A stretch of 64,000 nucleotides of DNA. Source: Dehalococcoidia bacterium (lineage in GTDB: Bacteria > Chloroflexota > Dehalococcoidia > UBA2979). Made by a program: the position numbers and the translations under genes. The DNA is taken from NCBI GenBank assembly GCA_964291495.2, contig OZ219871.1, positions 1,056,001 through 1,120,000 on the forward strand, in the 5' to 3' direction. The notes below the pieces were generated by a model that saw only the letters and a list, made by a program, of their open reading frames with translations, ran no database searches and had not been told where the DNA came from. Below are positions 9,882-26,395 of the stretch, in pieces; the first letter of the stretch is position 1, and each line of letters begins with the position of its first letter.

Positions 9882-10100
9882 CTACGAGGCGCAGCCGGAG
9901 TAGCCGCAGACGGGGCAGAGCGAGCAGCCCTCGCCGAAAGCGAGGGGACCGGCGCAGTCCGGGCAGCGCGGCCCGAAGGCGGGCATCCGGCGCAGCCGCC
10001 GCAACGGCGCCGCCTCGCCTCCGGCCCGGGCCGCGCCGGCCGCGCCCTCCGCCACCGTGCGATCGACTGGAGCAAGCGTGGTGACCATCTCGGCATCCAA
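9882..10100 (-). CDS. small zinc-ribbon protein resembling the C-terminal Zn finger of class II ribonucleotide reductase
   Basis: CPDCAGPLAFGEGCSLCPVCGYSGC; has its own promoter; start could be TTG 10100 or ATG 10088. Confidence 0.7.
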   Translation of the reverse strand: MDAEMVTTLAPVDRTVAEGAAGAARAGGEAAPLRRLRRMPAFGPRCPDCAGPLAFGEGCSLCPVCGYSGCAS

Positions 10101-10104
10101 GTAG

Positions 10105-10153
10105 CGAACATGCGTTCCGTAGCAAGTATCGCAAGAACGTGTGTGCTAGTCAA
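10105..10153 (-). promoter_or_regulatory. sigma70-type promoter with two LexA (SOS) boxes
   Basis: minus strand TTGACT (10153-10148), 17-bp spacer, GATACT (10130-10125); GAAC-ATGC-GTTC at 10106-10117 and GAAC-GTGT-GTGC at 10135-10146. Confidence 0.8.
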
Positions 10154-10183
10154 GCCGGAACCCCCGCGTCGCGGGGCGACGGT

Positions 10184-10236
10184 CCGGATCCTCCCTCACC
10201 CTAACCCTCTCCCTCAGGGAGAGGGCACCGGATCGG
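10184..10236. repeat. single hairpin unit of dispersed REP/BoxC-like repeat family
   Basis: CCCTCACCCTAACCCTCTCCC-TCA-GGGAGAGGG, shared with copies near 24.5, 41.2, 43.5 and 57.7 kb. Confidence 0.85.
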
Positions 10237-10291
10237 CGCAACAGACGTCCGAGGGCGGGTGCTTGCCGCCACTCTCGGCTAGGATTCGGCC

Positions 10292-10471
10292 ATGGCGCGC
10301 CTCATCTTCTACGCCCTGCTCGCGAGCGCGCTCGCAATCGCCTGGCTGGCGCTCATGCAGCCGAGGCGACTGCGGCTCCTCGGGAAGCACGCGCGCACGC
10401 TCGGCTACGCCTACGTCGCCGCGATCCTGATCGGCTCGGCGCTGCGCCTGCTCTTCGGCTGGGGCACCTGA
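10292..10471 (+). CDS. small two-TM membrane protein (59 aa, below ORF-track cutoff)
   Basis: MARLIFYALLASALAIAWLALMQPRRLRLLGKHARTLGYAYVAAILIGSALRLLFGWGT; TAGGAT -10 six nt upstream; ends 4 nt before glycerate kinase. Confidence 0.75.
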   Translation: MARLIFYALLASALAIAWLALMQPRRLRLLGKHARTLGYAYVAAILIGSALRLLFGWGT

Positions 10472-10475
10472 GCGC

Positions 10476-11615
10476 GTGCGGCTGCTCGTCTGCCCGCAGG
10501 AGTTCAAAGGCTCCCTCACCGCGCCCGAGGCCGCCGCCGCGATCGCCGAGGGCGCTCGTCGCACCTCGGGCATCACCGATGTCCGCACGCTCCCCCTCGC
10601 CGACGGCGGCCCCGGCACGGCGGCGATCGTCGCCGCGGCGACCGGAGGCAAGCTCGTCAGCACCGAGGTGACCGGCCCCCTCGGCGACCGCGTCGAGGCT
10701 CGCTACGCGCTGCTGCCGGCCGCGCCCGGCGGCCCGCCGGCCGCGCTGATCGAGTCCGCCGCCGCAGCGGGTCTCGTGCTCGTCCCGCCCGACCTGCGCG
10801 ACCCCGGCCATGCGACGAGCTACGGCGTCGGCGAGCTGATCCGCGACGCCGTCGACCGCGGAGCGCGCTCGCTCATCGTGGGCGTCGGCGGCACCGCGAC
10901 CAACGAGGGCGGGGCGGGCGCCGCGCAGGCGCTCGGCTACCGCCTGCTCGACCGGGATCGCGATCCGCTGCCGGAGCCGGCGGGCGGCATCCACCTGCTC
11001 AACGTCTTCGCCATCGACAGCTCCGGCGTCGACCGCCGTCTCGCCGACGTCGATCTGCGCGTCGCCGTCGACGTCACGAACGAGCTGCTCGGCGAGGACG
11101 GCGCGACCGCCGTCTACGGCCCGCAGAAGGGCGTCGCCGGTGAGCTGGGCGAGATGCTCGAGGACGCGCTCGGGCGCTGGGCGCGCACCGTGCGCCACGA
11201 CCTCGGAGTCGAGCTCACGGACCTGCCCGGCGGCGGCGCGGGCGGCGGCCTCGCCGCCGGCCTGATCGGCGCGGTCGGGGGCGGAATCGAGTCCGGCGCA
11301 GCGCTCGTCGCAGACGCGGTCGGCCTCGACGCGGCGATCGAGGCCGCCGACCTCGTCGTCACCGGCGAGGGCTCGCTCGACGCACAGACGACCTTCGGCA
11401 AGACCGTCGCGCACGTGATCGAGCGCTGCGCCGCGCTCGGGCGACCCTGCGTCGCGGTCGCCGGCGCGGCGAGCGGCCGCCCCGAGGGCGTCGCCGACCT
11501 CGAGGCCCTCGTGGGCGAGGGCGTCACGGAGGCGGAGGCGATGGCGCGCGCGGCGGAGCTGGTGGCGTACGCCGCCGAGCGGCTGCTGCGCCGCGTCGTC
11601 GCGGGCGGAGCCTAG
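10476..11615 (+). CDS. glxK: glycerate kinase
   Basis: PQEFKGSL, PLADGG, TSYGVGELI, GVGGTATNEGG, VYGPQKG, VTGEGSLDAQT. Confidence 0.93.
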   Translation: MRLLVCPQEFKGSLTAPEAAAAIAEGARRTSGITDVRTLPLADGGPGTAAIVAAATGGKLVSTEVTGPLGDRVEARYALLPAAPGGPPAALIESAAAAGLVLVPPDLRDPGHATSYGVGELIRDAVDRGARSLIVGVGGTATNEGGAGAAQALGYRLLDRDRDPLPEPAGGIHLLNVFAIDSSGVDRRLADVDLRVAVDVTNELLGEDGATAVYGPQKGVAGELGEMLEDALGRWARTVRHDLGVELTDLPGGGAGGGLAAGLIGAVGGGIESGAALVADAVGLDAAIEAADLVVTGEGSLDAQTTFGKTVAHVIERCAALGRPCVAVAGAASGRPEGVADLEALVGEGVTEAEAMARAAELVAYAAERLLRRVVAGGA

Positions 11616-11974
11616 TCGAGGCCGAGCCGCTCCATCTCGCGCTCCTCGAACCCGAAGTGGTGCGCCAGCTCGTGCAGCACCGTGCGCTGCACCTCGTCCG
11701 GGATGTCGCGAGGATGGAAGGCGCGCTCCAGCGGGCCCTGGAAGATCAGGATCCGGTCCGGCAGCGTCATGTGGTACTCGCCGCGGTCGGTGAGCGGCGT
11801 GCCGACGTAGAGGCCGAACAGCGTCGAACCGGGCTCGACGCCCGCGTCCTCGAGATCCTCGCGGCTGGGCTCGCGCTCGATCACGATCGCGACGTTGTCG
11901 AGGTAGGCGTCGATCTCCGGCGGCAGCGCGTCGAGCGCCCGCTGGACGAGGCGGCGAAAGCGGGAACGCTCCAC
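11612..11974 (-). CDS. minimal zincin metallopeptidase (Zincin_1/DUF1025)
   Basis: LFGLYVGTPL, LPDRILIFQGPL, TVLHELAHHFG; leaderless GTG after TAGACT. Confidence 0.88.
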   Translation of the reverse strand: MERSRFRRLVQRALDALPPEIDAYLDNVAIVIEREPSREDLEDAGVEPGSTLFGLYVGTPLTDRGEYHMTLPDRILIFQGPLERAFHPRDIPDEVQRTVLHELAHHFGFEEREMERLGLD

Positions 11975-12061
11975 GCGCCGCAGTCTACAACGGCAGGCCC
12001 GGGCGTCCCTCGCTGGCCGCCGGTTCGCCTTTCCCTGCCCCGACTTGCGACAATCAGGGCG

Positions 12062-13195
12062 ATGAGAGGCCTCCCGCCCGCGCCGCACCCCCGCGTCGCG
12101 CTGCACGCCGCGCTGCTGCTGCTCGCGCTCGCCGCCGCGGGTTGCCGCGTCGAGCGCGTCGACGAGCCCGCCTTCACGGCGACGCCGCTCCCGGAGGCCG
12201 GCGAACCGCGCCCGTTCCGGCTCGGCTTCTCCTCGCTGCCCGCGCGGCTCGACGACGCCGCCTACGTCGAGGCGCTCGACCTTTCGGCGCTGTACGGCGA
12301 CCTGGTGCTGATCCAGCGCAGTCCCTCCTGGGCCGCGTTCCTGCCCGGCGCCGAGCCCTCCGAGGAGTTGCGCGAACTGACGCGGCGCGAGGTGCGCGCC
12401 ATCGAGGAGCGCAAGCTGACGCTCTTCTACGCCATCGATCCGTACAACCCCGCGGACCGGAGCCGCCTCGCGGCGTTGCCGGACGGGTACGCGGGGGCGG
12501 GGATCCTGAACCCCGATCTGCGCGCCGCCCTCGTCGCCGAGGCCCGCTTCGTCGCCGGCGCCTACGAGCCCGCCTACTTCGCGTTCGGGATCGAGGTGAA
12601 CGCGACGTTCGATCGCTCGCCCGCAGAGTACGAGGCCTACCTCGGCGTGTACCGGGAGGTCTACGACGCGGTGAAGGAGATCAGCCCGCGGACGCTGGTC
12701 TTCCCCACCTTCCAGTACGAGCAGCTGCTTGGCGTGACGCCGTGGGAGATCGCGCATCCGCCTCGCTGGGAACGCCTGGCCGAGTTCGGCGAGCGGCTGG
12801 ACCTGGTGGCGATCGCGACGTTCCCCTCGCTGGCCCACGAGGTTGCGAAGGCAATCCCGGCGGACTACTACGCGCAGCTGCGGGACCACACGAACCTGCC
12901 GATCGCCTTCGCGGCGACCGGCTTCTCCTCGGGGACCGGCCCCGGGGGGATCAACTCCTCGACGCCAGACGAGCAGCGCCGCTACCTGGTGCGCCTGCTG
13001 GGAGACGCCGAGGCGCTGCAGTCCCCGTTCGTGATCTGGTACGCCGGCCGCGATCCGGCGTTCGTCTCCGATCTGCCGATCGAGCTGCTGCGGAGCAGCG
13101 GCCTGCAGGACACGGCGGGCCGGCCGAAGGAGGCCTGGCCGGTCTGGGCGGAGGCCGCGCGGCGCCCGTATCGCGCGCCCTCGGCGGCGCCGTAG
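12062..13195 (+). CDS. lipoprotein with glycoside hydrolase clan A-like TIM barrel
   Basis: lipobox LAAAGC; GIEVN, VFPTFQYE, SSGLQD..GRPK motifs. Confidence 0.65.
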   Translation: MRGLPPAPHPRVALHAALLLLALAAAGCRVERVDEPAFTATPLPEAGEPRPFRLGFSSLPARLDDAAYVEALDLSALYGDLVLIQRSPSWAAFLPGAEPSEELRELTRREVRAIEERKLTLFYAIDPYNPADRSRLAALPDGYAGAGILNPDLRAALVAEARFVAGAYEPAYFAFGIEVNATFDRSPAEYEAYLGVYREVYDAVKEISPRTLVFPTFQYEQLLGVTPWEIAHPPRWERLAEFGERLDLVAIATFPSLAHEVAKAIPADYYAQLRDHTNLPIAFAATGFSSGTGPGGINSSTPDEQRRYLVRLLGDAEALQSPFVIWYAGRDPAFVSDLPIELLRSSGLQDTAGRPKEAWPVWAEAARRPYRAPSAAP

Positions 13196-13231
13196 CGCAC
13201 GATGTGCATACAGCGTGCACCAAATGCGGAT

Positions 13232-13288
13232 TTGGCAAAGAATCCGCGGTGCGGTACGCTTTCATATCTGTGCCTTGTGGGGTAAACT
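13232..13288 (+). promoter_or_regulatory. tandem sigma70-type promoters for rpoBC
   Basis: TTGGCA(13232)-17 bp-TACGCT(13255); second TAAACT at 13283 in an AT-richer intergenic stretch. Confidence 0.55.
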
Positions 13289-13440
13289 CGTTGCAGCGTT
13301 GGGCGCGGCAATACCACATCTACTGACCGACATCGAACTCCGGTCACGCCGGGGGCGCACGTGTGCGGCCCCGGTATGTGCGTGTGTCGCGGCCCTGCCA
13401 CGCCCGATCAACCGCGGTGATTAGTCGGAGGAGTCGCCCC

Positions 13441-21607
<8,167 letters not shown>

Positions 21608-21654
21608 CGGCGAACCCCGGGGGCAACCCCGGAGGCATACCGCGCTACGCGCAC

Positions 21655-21684
21655 AACGGGAGGGCTTCGGCCCTCCCGTTTCTC
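21655..21684. terminator. intrinsic terminator after rpoC (probably bidirectional)
   Basis: AACGGGAGGGC-TTCG-GCCCTCCCGTT followed by TCTC, between convergent genes. Confidence 0.8.
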
Positions 21685-21708
21685 GTCCGCGCCGCCGCGC
21701 GGCGCGGG

Positions 21709-22425
21709 TTACAGGTCCTTGCGGCGGAACCAGGAGATGCCGGACACGGTGGCGATCACCGAGAGGGCGCCGAAGACGGCCAGCACCCGAAGCTGCTCGG
21801 CGGCGGACACCTCGCCCCGGAACACCTCGGGCAGTCCGCTGACCACGCCGGTCGTGCTCAGCCAGTCGAGGGCCAGGAACTGGAACACCGCCCCGGATGC
21901 GACGGTGGACACCAGCACCGTCAGCACGGAAGCCAGCATGTTGCGGAAGATCGCCGAGAGCGCGATCCCGAAGGCTGCGAGGAAGACGAGCAGCGAGGCG
22001 ACCGTCAGCAGCCCCCAGACAATCCCTCCGATCGTCGCGTCATCCACCGCGAAGCGGAGCACCAAGTACGCCAGCGGCACGGTCACGGCGACATAGACGG
22101 CCAGGAACACGGCCACGCGCGCCGTGAACTTCGACCAGATGTAGGCCCGGCGCGTGACGGACCTCGAGAGGATCGAGTCGGCGACGACGTCTGCTTCACC
22201 GTTGACCGCGCTCGCCGAGAGCACCGCGACCACGAGCCAGGAGAGCGGCGCAAGCACGGCCGTCACGTAGGCCGCCAGCGTCTCCGAGGCGAGTTCGCGC
22301 TGGTTGGCGGCGACCACCACGAAGAAGCCCGCCGGCCCGATCAGCAGCAGCACCCAGATGCGCACCAACCAGGAGCGCGCCAGTTGCTCCATGTCGAGAC
22401 GAAGCAGGAACAGGTAGGCCTGCAT
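21709..22425 (-). CDS. ABC-2 type transporter permease
   Basis: about 6 TM segments, ILSRSVTRRAYIWSKF, C-terminal FRRKDL. Confidence 0.85.
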   Translation of the reverse strand: MQAYLFLLRLDMEQLARSWLVRIWVLLLIGPAGFFVVVAANQRELASETLAAYVTAVLAPLSWLVVAVLSASAVNGEADVVADSILSRSVTRRAYIWSKFTARVAVFLAVYVAVTVPLAYLVLRFAVDDATIGGIVWGLLTVASLLVFLAAFGIALSAIFRNMLASVLTVLVSTVASGAVFQFLALDWLSTTGVVSGLPEVFRGEVSAAEQLRVLAVFGALSVIATVSGISWFRRKDL

Positions 22426-23616
22426 CTAGGCTGCCCCGCTGCGGGATCCGTCCTCGTGACTCACGGCTTCGGCGCTCGGCTGCCGTCCGCCGTCCTGTGC
22501 GGCCCAGTCCGGAGCGCGCAGCAGGCCGCTCGAACGGTCCTCCTCCAGGCGGCGCAGGAACGCCTCCTCCACCTCGTGGCTGCCGGTATCAAGCCTCAGC
22601 AGCTCGACACCGCTGCGCTCGACGAGCCCGAGCAGGCGCTTGAGGTACTCGGTCACCGCCCCGGTGCCGAGGAAGGTGATCCGAATCTCCGAGCCTACCC
22701 GCTCCCAGCGCACCGCGCCCGGCTCGTCCAGCTCGGAGATCTGCCGCTCGAACGAGGCGACATTGCCCTCGATCTCGACGGTGATCGAGTCCTGCCGCGC
22801 GAGTCGCCGCATCTCCGCCATCGGCCCGTCGTAGATCAGCCGCCCCTGCGCGATCACGCCGACGTCGGTGCAGACGCGCTCCACGTCGTTGAGGATGTGC
22901 GTGGCGATGATGATCGTGCGGTCGCGTCCGGAGAGCTCGCGAATCAGCTCGATCATCTGCCTGCGTCCGGGCGGGTCCAGGCCGTAGGTCGGTTCGTCCA
23001 GCACCAGCAACTCGGGATCGTTCATCAGCGCCGCGGCGATGCCGAGCCGGGTCGCCATGCCGGTCGAGAAGCCCTCGATGCGCTGCGAGGCGACATCGGC
23101 GAGGTCGACCGACTGCAGCAGGGTCGTCATCCGGATCTTCGCGCGCTCGGGCGGCAACCCGACGATGCTGCCGACGAACTCAAGGTAGGAGATCGGCGTC
23201 ATGTGGCGCGGGAACGCGGGAGCCGTCGGCAGGAACCCGATGCGCCGTCGCAGCTCCGCGCTCTCGGCGCGCATCGGGCGGCCGAGCACCCTGATCTCGC
23301 CGGCGGTTGGCCTCTGCAGGCCGAGCATGAGGCGGAACGCCGTCGACTTGCCCGCGCCGTTGGGGCCGACGAGGCCGTACACGGCGTTCTTGCGCACGCG
23401 CATGTTGAGCGCGTTGAGCGCGATGTAGCGGTTCTCGTAGATCTTCGTGAGATCGTGCGCCTCGATGACGTACGCCGGTCCGGGGCGCCGTCCCGACAGC
23501 TCCGTCGTGACGGCGGGCCCGTCCTGGCCCTGGCCACCGTTCTCGCTCTCGCCGTGGCGGATCGCCCTCAGCGATCGCCGCAGGGAGGCTGGCGCAAGCT
23601 TCATCGCACGCTCCAT
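22426..23616 (-). CDS. ABC transporter ATP-binding protein
   Basis: GPNGAGKST, FSTGM, LVLDEPT, ATH; start uncertain. Confidence 0.92.
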   Translation of the reverse strand: MERAMKLAPASLRRSLRAIRHGESENGGQGQDGPAVTTELSGRRPGPAYVIEAHDLTKIYENRYIALNALNMRVRKNAVYGLVGPNGAGKSTAFRLMLGLQRPTAGEIRVLGRPMRAESAELRRRIGFLPTAPAFPRHMTPISYLEFVGSIVGLPPERAKIRMTTLLQSVDLADVASQRIEGFSTGMATRLGIAAALMNDPELLVLDEPTYGLDPPGRRQMIELIRELSGRDRTIIIATHILNDVERVCTDVGVIAQGRLIYDGPMAEMRRLARQDSITVEIEGNVASFERQISELDEPGAVRWERVGSEIRITFLGTGAVTEYLKRLLGLVERSGVELLRLDTGSHEVEEAFLRRLEEDRSSGLLRAPDWAAQDGGRQPSAEAVSHEDGSRSGAA

Positions 23617-23741
23617 ACCCTCGCCGCCGTCGGCGCGCGGCGAGGCGTCGCGGCATCTTACCACCACGCCGCGCCGCTACGGCGGAGCCGGGCGGTGGGG
23701 TTGGCCCCGCACGGCTCGATGTGGTTCCCTACACTGCCACG

Positions 23742-24419
23742 ATGCAATCCGTGCTCCTGATCAGCGACAACGCCGATCACCTGGCGGTCGTGCGCGCGGC
23801 GCTGCGCGGGGACGGCCACGCCCTGCGCAGCGAGCCGACAATCGATCGAGGGCTGATCGCCGCGCGCGAGCAGCAGCCGGATCTGCTCTGCCTGGACCTC
23901 AGCAGCGCGTCCGCCGTGAACGGCCTCAGCGCGCTGCTGCGCGACCCCGATCTGCGGGCCGGGCCGCCGCTGCTTGCAATCGCGGCGCCGGAGCAGTTCT
24001 ACCTCGTCGGTCCCGGCTCCGGCGTGAGCGACGTGATCGTGACGCCGCTCGACCGTGACGAGTTGCAGCTGCGCATCTCGCGCCTGGTCTCGGCGGCAAG
24101 CGCCGAGGACAGCCAGCTGCTGCGCCGCGGCGAGCTGCTGATCGATCAGGAGCGCTATACCGTCCGCCTCGGCGACGCCGCCGTGGACCTCACCTACAAG
24201 GAGTACGAGCTGCTGCGCTTCCTGGCGCAGAACCCCGGCAAGGCCTTCACGCGCGAGATGCTGCTCAACCAGGTGTGGGGCTACGACTACTACGGCGGCG
24301 CCCGCACCGTCGACGTCCACATCCGCCGCATCCGCGCCAAGATCGAGCGGCACGAGCCGTACATCGAGACCGTCCGCAACGTCGGCTATCGCTTCGTCGA
24401 GGAGCCGCGCTCGTACTAG
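23742..24419 (+). CDS. glnR: OmpR-family response regulator, GlnR-like
   Basis: wHTH LTYKEYELLRFLAQNPG..VWGYDYYGGARTVDVHIRRIRAK..TVRNVGYRF closely resembles actinobacterial GlnR; atypical receiver; adjacent to glnA. Confidence 0.75.
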   Translation: MQSVLLISDNADHLAVVRAALRGDGHALRSEPTIDRGLIAAREQQPDLLCLDLSSASAVNGLSALLRDPDLRAGPPLLAIAAPEQFYLVGPGSGVSDVIVTPLDRDELQLRISRLVSAASAEDSQLLRRGELLIDQERYTVRLGDAAVDLTYKEYELLRFLAQNPGKAFTREMLLNQVWGYDYYGGARTVDVHIRRIRAKIERHEPYIETVRNVGYRFVEEPRSY

Positions 24420-24433
24420 CGCGCGCATCCCTT

Positions 24434-24628
24434 CCGGTCCCCTCTCCCCGAGGGAGAGCCAGTGCTTTCTGGGGGGACCCCCCCAACCCCCCGCGGGTGA
24501 GGGAGGATCCGCCCTCCGGGATTGCGTTGCGCCGGCGGGGCCTTCGAAGGGGCGCGGGAGTCCTCCCCCTCACCCCCGCCCTCTCCCCAGGGAGAGGGCG
24601 CCGGGCTTGTGCGAGTTCGCAAGGGCCC
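24434..24628. repeat. composite hairpin repeat / MITE-like element, copy A
   Basis: near-identical over about 160 nt to the reverse complement of 41185-41350. Confidence 0.85.
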
Positions 24629-24663
24629 CATCCCGGTCCGTGCGCGCCCGTTCCGGCCGCCGC

Positions 24664-24717
24664 GAAACATGCCCGAAACGCGGCGGTAATCCGGGGGTAA
24701 TCGTTCGCTCGTACGCT
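24664..24717 (+). promoter_or_regulatory. GlnR-box-like array and -10 element of the glnA promoter
   Basis: GAAAC-n6-GAAAC-n6-GTAAT-n6-GTAAT (11-bp period), then TACGCT at 24712. Confidence 0.72.
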
Positions 24718-24823
24718 CATCCTCGAGCGCCGGGGGGCTTGCGGGCCTCGCGGCGCGGTTCGAGCGGGCCACGAGTGAAGGCAGCGCCAGACGGGCGGCT
24801 GCACGCGAGATTGGAGACGGCGA

Positions 24824-26266
24824 GTGGACCTTCAGGAACTCCAGCAACTGGCGGCCGACAACGGGGTGACCCGGGTCGATCTGCGCGTAACCGACCTGCC
24901 GGGGCGCTGGCAGCACTTCACGCTCCCGCCGGACGCCCTGGACGAGGACCTCTTCCAGAACGGCAACGGCTTCGACGGATCCAGCCTGCGTGGCTTCCAG
25001 GAGATCCACGAGTCCGACATGCTGCTGGTGCCGGACATCAACACCGCCGTGCTCGACCCGATTCCGGATCACTCCACGATCTCCCTGATCTGCAACGTGA
25101 TCGACGCCGTCACGCACGACGCGTACACGCGTGACCCGCGGAACGTCGCCATCAAGGCGGAGGCCTACCTCGCCTCCACGGGCATCGCCGACGAGGCCTT
25201 CTTCGGCCCCGAGCCCGAGTTCTTCCTCTTCGACGACGTCCGCTACCAGCAGGGCCAGCAGACCGCCTTCTACTACATCGACTCGGAGGAGGCGCACTGG
25301 AACTCCGGCAAGGACTACACCGAGGCGTTCCCCGGGGGCTTCAACACCGGCTACAAGATCCCCGGCAAGGAGGGCTACGCGCCGCTCCCACCGTTCGACC
25401 AGACCGCCGGGGTCCGCGCCGATATCGTCGCCGCCATGAACGCCGTCGGTGTCGACACGTTCATCGACCACCACGAGGTCGCGACCGCCGGCCAGGGGGA
25501 GATCGGGCTCGGCAAGGCCACGCTGGTCGACCAGGCGGACCGCGCCCAGTGGTACCGCTACATGGTGCGGAACGTGGCGCACCAGCACGGCAAGGTCGCC
25601 ACCTTCATGCCGAAGCCGATCTTCGAGGACAACGGCTCCGGCATGCACACCCACCAGTCCCTGCGCAAGAACGACGAGCCGCTCTTCTACGACGCCAACG
25701 GCTACGCCGGGCTCTCCCAGCTCGCACGCTGGTACATCGGCGGCTTGCTCAGGCACGCCGCCGCGGTGCTCGCCTTCGCGGCCCCGTCGACCAACTCCTA
25801 CAAGCGACTGGTGCCCGGCTACGAGGCGCCCGTGAACCTCGCCTACTCGATGCGCAACCGCTCGGCGGCGATCCGCATCCCCACCTACCGCATCGGGCAG
25901 CCGAACGAGGCCTCCGACAAGCGCGTCGAGTTCCGCCCGCCGGACCCGACCGCCAACTGCTACCTCGCCTTCTCGGCGATGCTGATGGCCGGCCTGGACG
26001 GCATCCAGAACCAGATCGACCCTGGCGACCCGCTGGACCGCAACATCTACGAACTCCCGCCGGAGGAGGCCGCCGCGGTGCCGACCGTCCCGGGCTCGCT
26101 CGGCGAGGCCCTCGACGCGCTCGAGGCGGACCACGACTTCCTGATGCAGGGCGGCGTGTTCACGCAAGACCTGCTCGACATGTGGCTCGACATGAAGCGC
26201 GACGAGGTCCTGAACGTCTCGCTGCGGCCCACGCCGTACGAGTTCGAGCTCTACTTCAACAACTAG
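24824..26266 (+). CDS. glnA: glutamine synthetase type I (GSI-beta)
   Basis: FDGSSLRGF, HHEVATAGQ, NGSGMHTH, PGYEAP, RNRSAAIRIP, EFRPPD, adenylylation-site motif NIYELP. Confidence 0.97.
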   Translation: MDLQELQQLAADNGVTRVDLRVTDLPGRWQHFTLPPDALDEDLFQNGNGFDGSSLRGFQEIHESDMLLVPDINTAVLDPIPDHSTISLICNVIDAVTHDAYTRDPRNVAIKAEAYLASTGIADEAFFGPEPEFFLFDDVRYQQGQQTAFYYIDSEEAHWNSGKDYTEAFPGGFNTGYKIPGKEGYAPLPPFDQTAGVRADIVAAMNAVGVDTFIDHHEVATAGQGEIGLGKATLVDQADRAQWYRYMVRNVAHQHGKVATFMPKPIFEDNGSGMHTHQSLRKNDEPLFYDANGYAGLSQLARWYIGGLLRHAAAVLAFAAPSTNSYKRLVPGYEAPVNLAYSMRNRSAAIRIPTYRIGQPNEASDKRVEFRPPDPTANCYLAFSAMLMAGLDGIQNQIDPGDPLDRNIYELPPEEAAAVPTVPGSLGEALDALEADHDFLMQGGVFTQDLLDMWLDMKRDEVLNVSLRPTPYEFELYFNN

Positions 26267-26395
26267 CGTCCGCAGCATCAGCGCCGGGCGGCAGGGCGGG
26301 CGGTCCGCGGACCGCCTCCCCGGCCGCCCGGCCTGCGGAATGGAGTCGCACACCGGGCCGATCGCACCGCAGGACACGAGCCCGCGGAGAGCAGC

